In this document: piece after piece, positions 59,780 to 64,000 of the stretch | Layout: each line of letters begins with the position of its first letter | How positions within the stretch are numbered: the first letter of the stretch is position 1 | Assembly (NCBI GenBank): GCA_965204745.1 | Contig: OZ242010.1 | Span: 2,304,001 to 2,368,000, forward strand | Origin: Candidatus Latescibacterota bacterium | Lineage (GTDB): Bacteria > Latescibacterota > UBA2968 | Length of the DNA: 64,000 nt | Direction of reading: 5' to 3' | Program-made: the position numbers and the translations under genes | Notes under the pieces: generated by a model | Database searches by the model: none | Told to the model about the DNA's origin: nothing | The model's input: only the letters and a program-made list of their open reading frames with translations

Positions 59780-60044
59780 TTTAGTCTCCTTTCGAGGGGG
59801 GACACTGTACTGATCATCCTAACAGGCTGTTTGGCAATAAAATAGAACCGCACTCCAAGACGAGAATGGGCGATATGAACGCCAGTTTTCTCGGTGGGAC
59901 AGGCGGGAAAAACATAGAGCCAAATGAGGTTCAAACAGCGGCTGAAAATGGCGGTGATCATCTGAATCCTCCTTTGCAAAAGCTGTCGCGTAGACCGGGC
60001 GCGGCTTTTTCTCCGCGTTCAAAATCGCCATGGTGAACGAGAAA

Positions 60045-60074
60045 AATATAGGGAATCACGCTATTGTTTGTCAA
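60045..60074 (-). promoter_or_regulatory. Putative sigma70 promoter of the giant minus-strand gene
   Basis: Minus strand TTGACA, 18-bp spacer, TATATT. Confidence 0.55.
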
Positions 60075-60127
60075 GCGGTAAAATGACGGTGGGATCGGTG
60101 GTCAGTCAAGCGAGAAGGCATGCGAGG

Positions 60128-60540
60128 GGGACCTACCCCCTGGCCCCGTTACTCGCTACGCTTCGTTGTAGGCTACGCCTGTGCCTGCGAGGAAGGGGGA
60201 ATGGCGAGAGGTTGTGCGAGGTGGGACCTACCCCCCTGGCCCCCCTTCCTGCGAGGAAGGGGGGAACTGTGAGTGGTTTTGCGAGGGATTGTGCGAGGGG
60301 GGTTTGGGTTTCTATGGCGTGATCCATTCGCCCAAAGCCATCAAAACAGCCCTAGATGCAAACCTTTAAGAAAGCCATGCGCTCCCCCTTTCCTTGTAGG
60401 AAAGGGGGCCGGGGGGATAGGTCTATGGCGACAGGGCGTGCGAAGGACACAGCGGAGGAGAACGATGAAGAGGCGGTGGGGTGGTGGGTGGTAATCCGCG
60501 TAATCCGCGCAATCCCCTAATCCGTTTAATCCGCGATTCA
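60128..60540. repeat. Palindromic GACCTACCCCC-family elements plus 9-bp AATCCGCGT-like tandem
   Basis: 60128-60195 is an inverted copy of 48173-48240 (66/68). Further copies at about 60225 and 60383-60425; nonamers at 60493-60538. Confidence 0.85.
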
Positions 60541-60605
60541 GACACGGGCGGCAGGGTGGCGAGGACGGCCACGCTCATCGCGCTAAAACAAAATGTCAAC
60601 AGAAC

Positions 60606-60674
60606 CTCGTTCATGTCTTTGGATGATGGGTTGCGGCTTGCTTCTTACTCGCTTTCTACTCTTAATTCGCATTG
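60606..60674. repeat. Perfect 69-bp inverted copy of 48002-48070
   Basis: Base-by-base reverse-complement match. Confidence 0.95.
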
Positions 60675-60719
60675 ACAAATATAGACATACAAGTGAATGA
60701 GTTTATCTTGCCAATCCAT
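60675..60719 (-). pseudogene. 5' remnant of an IS982-like transposase
   Basis: AAGGAAGGAG RBS, 6 nt, then ATG 60719 encoding MDWQDKLIHLYVYIC, cut exactly at the internal inverted repeat; family similarity recalled, not database-checked. Confidence 0.6.
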
Positions 60720-60842
60720 CGCGTGCTCCTTCCTTTAAGGGTGAAATGATTGAGCCCTCAAGAAAAGACAAGTACGCGATGGATTCAACTCTTAATTCGC
60801 ATTGACAACTGACAACTGACAACTGATTTTCGGAGATGTATC

Positions 60843-62429
60843 ATGCGAAATCCCGTGGTAATCGGCATTGACGTGGGAACGGGCAGTGTGCGGGCGGGTG
60901 TATTTGCGTTGGATGGCACCATGCTCGGCGCGGCATCGTCGCCGATTTTGGAATTTCATCCCGAGCCGGATTTTTACGAGCAATCGTCCGAGAATATTTG
61001 GACCGAGACCGGGCGCGTGGTGCGCGAAGCCCTCGCCGAATCCAAGTGTTCGCCCAAAGCGGTGATCGGCCTGAGCTTTGACGCGACGTGTTCGCTCGTG
61101 GTCTTAGACGCTGATGGGCAGCCCCTGAGCGCGTCGAAAACCGGGCGGGCCGAGCGCAATGTGATCGTGTGGCGCGATCACCGCGCCATCGATCAAACGA
61201 ATCGGATCAACGCGGGTGCGTACGACGTGTTGCGATATGTCGGGGGTGTGATGTCGCCCGAGCAAGAGCCGCCCAAATTGTTGTGGCTCAAGGAAAACCT
61301 GCCCGACACCTGGCAACGGGCGGGCAAATTTTTCGATCTGGCGGATTTTATGGTCTATCGGGCGACCGGGATTGACCGGCGGAGTCTGTGTACCAATGTG
61401 TGCAAGTGGACCTACTTGGGGCACGAGTCGCGTTGGGATACTGACTTTTTTCACGCCATTGGCCTGGGCGATTTGTTCGACCGCGGCAAAGTGACGGAAG
61501 AGGTCGCACCGATGGGCGAATGTGCGGGGACCTTGTGCGCCGAGGCCGCGGACCTGATGGGCTTGACCACAAAAACAGCCGTGGGCGTGGGCATTATCGA
61601 CGCGCATGCGGGCGGGATCGGCGTTGGGGTTGACGAACCGATTTTGGCATTGATTGGCGGCACGTCCTCCTGTCACATGGCCGTGGCGAACGAGGCGCGA
61701 TTTATTCCCGGGGTGTGGGGGCCGTACTGCGGCGCGCTGTTGCCGGGCATGTGGCTCAGCGAAGGCGGGCAAAGCGCGACCGGGGCCTTGTTGGATCACA
61801 CGATAGCGCGATTTGGCATGGTGCGCGAAGAAGACCACTATTGGCATGTGCTCACCGGCAAAGAGATCAACGCGGTGTACGCGGAACTCAACGCGTACAT
61901 CGCCCAAAAAGGCGTGCGGTCAGATTGGACCGAGCGGTTGCACATCTCGGCCGATCACCACGGCAACCGCTCGCCCATGGCCGATCCCCAGGCGCGCGGG
62001 ATGATGGACGGGTTGACGCTGGACATGTCCTACGATGCGCTGGCGCGCATTTATCACGCGACCATCCAAGCGGTGGCTTATGGCACGCGCCACATTATCG
62101 ACGCGATGGAAGAACAGGGCTATGCCATCGCGCAAATCAATGCGTGCGGGGGCGGCACGAAAAACGCGCTGTGGATTCGAGAACACGCCGACGCCACGCA
62201 ACGCCCCATCCACTTGCCCAAAGAGCCGGAAGCCGTGTTGCTCGGCGCGGCGATTTTAGGCGCGGTTGCCGCGGGCGCGTTTTCCGACATTCAAGCCGCG
62301 ATGCGCGCCATGTGCCACGCGGGCGAAGTCATCGAACCCAACCGCGACACCGCAGACTTTCATGCGTGGAAATCCGCGCAACAACTGGCGATGTACGATC
62401 AGCATGTCGCCCGGCGGGAATCAAAATAA
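60843..62429 (+). CDS. FGGY-family pentulose (D-ribulose-type) kinase
   Basis: IGIDVGTGSVRA, FDATCSL, WRDHRA, MSPEQEPPKLLWLK, GNRSP. Confidence 0.9.
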   Translation: MRNPVVIGIDVGTGSVRAGVFALDGTMLGAASSPILEFHPEPDFYEQSSENIWTETGRVVREALAESKCSPKAVIGLSFDATCSLVVLDADGQPLSASKTGRAERNVIVWRDHRAIDQTNRINAGAYDVLRYVGGVMSPEQEPPKLLWLKENLPDTWQRAGKFFDLADFMVYRATGIDRRSLCTNVCKWTYLGHESRWDTDFFHAIGLGDLFDRGKVTEEVAPMGECAGTLCAEAADLMGLTTKTAVGVGIIDAHAGGIGVGVDEPILALIGGTSSCHMAVANEARFIPGVWGPYCGALLPGMWLSEGGQSATGALLDHTIARFGMVREEDHYWHVLTGKEINAVYAELNAYIAQKGVRSDWTERLHISADHHGNRSPMADPQARGMMDGLTLDMSYDALARIYHATIQAVAYGTRHIIDAMEEQGYAIAQINACGGGTKNALWIREHADATQRPIHLPKEPEAVLLGAAILGAVAAGAFSDIQAAMRAMCHAGEVIEPNRDTADFHAWKSAQQLAMYDQHVARRESK

Positions 62430-62453
62430 CCAGTCTAATCGGGAGGAGTTTCA

Positions 62454-63656
62454 ATGGGCATTCGTCTCGGCATCGTGGGATTGGGAGCATTTGCACAGCA
62501 TTTCATCCCCTTGTTCAAAGCACATCCAGGCGTGGATCAGGTGATCCTGTGCGACCTCAATGCGGAAAAACGCCGCGCCAATGCGGAAAAACACGGCATT
62601 GCACACACGTCACCCGCGCTCGATGACCTGTGCGGCGTGGACATTGACGCCATCGCGCTCTTCACGCAAAACTGGCTCCACGGGCCGCAGGCCGCACAGG
62701 CCCTTCGTGCGGACAAACACGTTTACTCCGCCGTGCCCCCCGGCATTTCCCTCGACGAATTGCGCGCCATTGCCCGTGCGGTCCGCGAAACCGGACGCCT
62801 CTACATGCTCGGGGAAACCAGCTATTACTACCCGGGCGTCATTTATTGTCGGCAACGGTTCCGCGAACGCACGTTTGGCGATATCGTCTATGCCGAAGCC
62901 GAGTATTACCACGACTGGGATCACGGCCTGTACGAGGTCGCCAAATGGCGCGGGGGCGAAAACTGGCGCGAAATCGCCGGCGTGCCGCCCATGTTTTATC
63001 CCACCCATTCAACCAGTCAAATTCTCTCTGTCACTGGCGCGCACATGACCCACGTCTCCTGCTATGGCGTTGCGGATCACCACGAAGACAAAATCTACGC
63101 CGCAAACCAGTGGCGCAATCCCTTCAGCAATGAATCCGCCCTGTTCAAACTCTCGGATGGTAGCATCGCCCGCATCAATGAATTTCGCCGCATCGGGCAT
63201 CCGGGCACGGCGCGGATGACCATGTTCGGCACGCAGGGCAGCTTTGAACACAATGCGGCCGGCGCGGTCTGGCTGACCAAAGACCGGGCAGAACGCGAAT
63301 CCCTCGACGCCCAACTCACCTGCCGCCGACCCGCAACGCAGGTCAAAGGCGATATGGACAAAGTCAGCGCGGACGATGGCACGCATCACAGCGTTGCCCC
63401 GGTGCATCCGGTCCACCGCTTGCCAGCCGCATTCAAAGGCTTGCCCAACGGCCACAGCGGGTCCCACCAATTTCTCGTAGATGATTTTGTGCGCGCCTGC
63501 ACGACGGGCAAAACACCGCCGAACAATATTTACGAGGCCGCGCGGTACATGGCCCCGGGGATCATCGCCCATCAATCCGCGCTCAAAGGCGGGGAATTGC
63601 TCGAAATTCCCGACTTGGGCGATCCGCCCACGCGCAACCGATTGGAGATCGCCTGA
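62454..63656 (+). CDS. Gfo/Idh/MocA family oxidoreductase
   Basis: GIVGLG Rossmann motif, HVYSAVP, YPTHS, HSGSH; GGAGGAG RBS. Confidence 0.9.
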   Translation: MGIRLGIVGLGAFAQHFIPLFKAHPGVDQVILCDLNAEKRRANAEKHGIAHTSPALDDLCGVDIDAIALFTQNWLHGPQAAQALRADKHVYSAVPPGISLDELRAIARAVRETGRLYMLGETSYYYPGVIYCRQRFRERTFGDIVYAEAEYYHDWDHGLYEVAKWRGGENWREIAGVPPMFYPTHSTSQILSVTGAHMTHVSCYGVADHHEDKIYAANQWRNPFSNESALFKLSDGSIARINEFRRIGHPGTARMTMFGTQGSFEHNAAGAVWLTKDRAERESLDAQLTCRRPATQVKGDMDKVSADDGTHHSVAPVHPVHRLPAAFKGLPNGHSGSHQFLVDDFVRACTTGKTPPNNIYEAARYMAPGIIAHQSALKGGELLEIPDLGDPPTRNRLEIA

Positions 63657-63808
63657 TGGGAAATGGGGTTGTGTCTCGCGCAAAATCGCGTTAGGTTGTG
63701 TTGACATTTTATTTTTTTCCGTTACGCATAGATTAGCAAATGTGTTGTTTGCTGATTTAAGGCGTTTGGTCCTACAGCCTCGTTGGTTGCCTTCGATGCC
63801 TTCGGCGA

Positions 63809-63840
63809 CCTACTTTTTTTCAACAAGAAAAAAAAGTAGG
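63809..63840. other. A/T-tract hairpin (repeat element or bidirectional terminator)
   Basis: CCTAC-T-run-CAACAAG-A-run-GTAGG. Confidence 0.45.
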
Positions 63841-64000
63841 CAAAAAATGCCGCTCTCAAACGCCGAGAGGCTTGCACAGCGCAAATCGCTTTTGTAATCG
63901 CACGACATGCGTTGGCCTGCAAAGTGAGTTGCAAGAGGGATGTTGGTTGCGAGACGGCCTTGCGCGCTGTGCGTGATGGCTTGATCGGAGGGGGTTTTGC

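Larger units (their letters stand above)
48002..60804 (-). mobile_element. Non-autonomous IS-derived element (IS982-like ends) carrying a giant adhesin gene
   Basis: 17-bp TIRs CAATGCGAATTAAGAGT (48002-48018 and, inverted, 60788-60804). ACAACTGA is duplicated at 47994-48001 and 60805-60812. Transposase-like relics lie at both ends; there is no intact transposase. Confidence 0.7.

Noticed and set aside
59780-60674. On/off promoter-inversion switch for the adhesin
   Set aside because: The putative promoter (60045-60074) lies inside both inverted repeat pairs and would invert with the gene; no invertase is nearby.
63701-63735. TTGACA promoter candidate
   Set aside because: No convincing -10 box at 16-18 bp spacing and no downstream gene within the window.

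Overview
GC-rich bacterial window. The gene content (sulfatases, PhyH dioxygenase, chondroitin lyase, paired EF-hand/dockerin-like tags, giant Calx-beta/Fn3/LRR surface proteins) resembles marine sponge-symbiont lineages such as Latescibacterota or Gemmatimonadota; that assignment is an inference. Almost all genes are on the + strand: an OPT-like transporter locus end, catabolic enzymes, a type IIG restriction-modification gene, an ABC-ATPase + PIN pair, an RND pump, an orphan HsdS, three tandem AAA/PD-(D/E)XK paralogues, a 3.9k-aa surface protein, a PL8 lyase, an esterase, an FGGY kinase and a Gfo/Idh/MocA oxidoreductase. The exception is an 11.3-kb minus-strand adhesin gene, followed by a short EF-hand ORF. 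Both lie inside a 12.8-kb transposase-less element (48002-60804) with 17-bp terminal inverted repeats, an 8-bp flanking duplication within a CAACTGA heptamer tract, and apparent relics of both ends of an IS982-like transposase. Other highlights are a 120-bp two-allele tandem duplication in the probable specificity region of the type IIG enzyme, triplicated nucleases with one hypervariable segment, a 28-copy heptamer in a sulfatase 5' leader, and mosaic intergenic repeats. No rRNA, tRNA or CRISPR array was seen.
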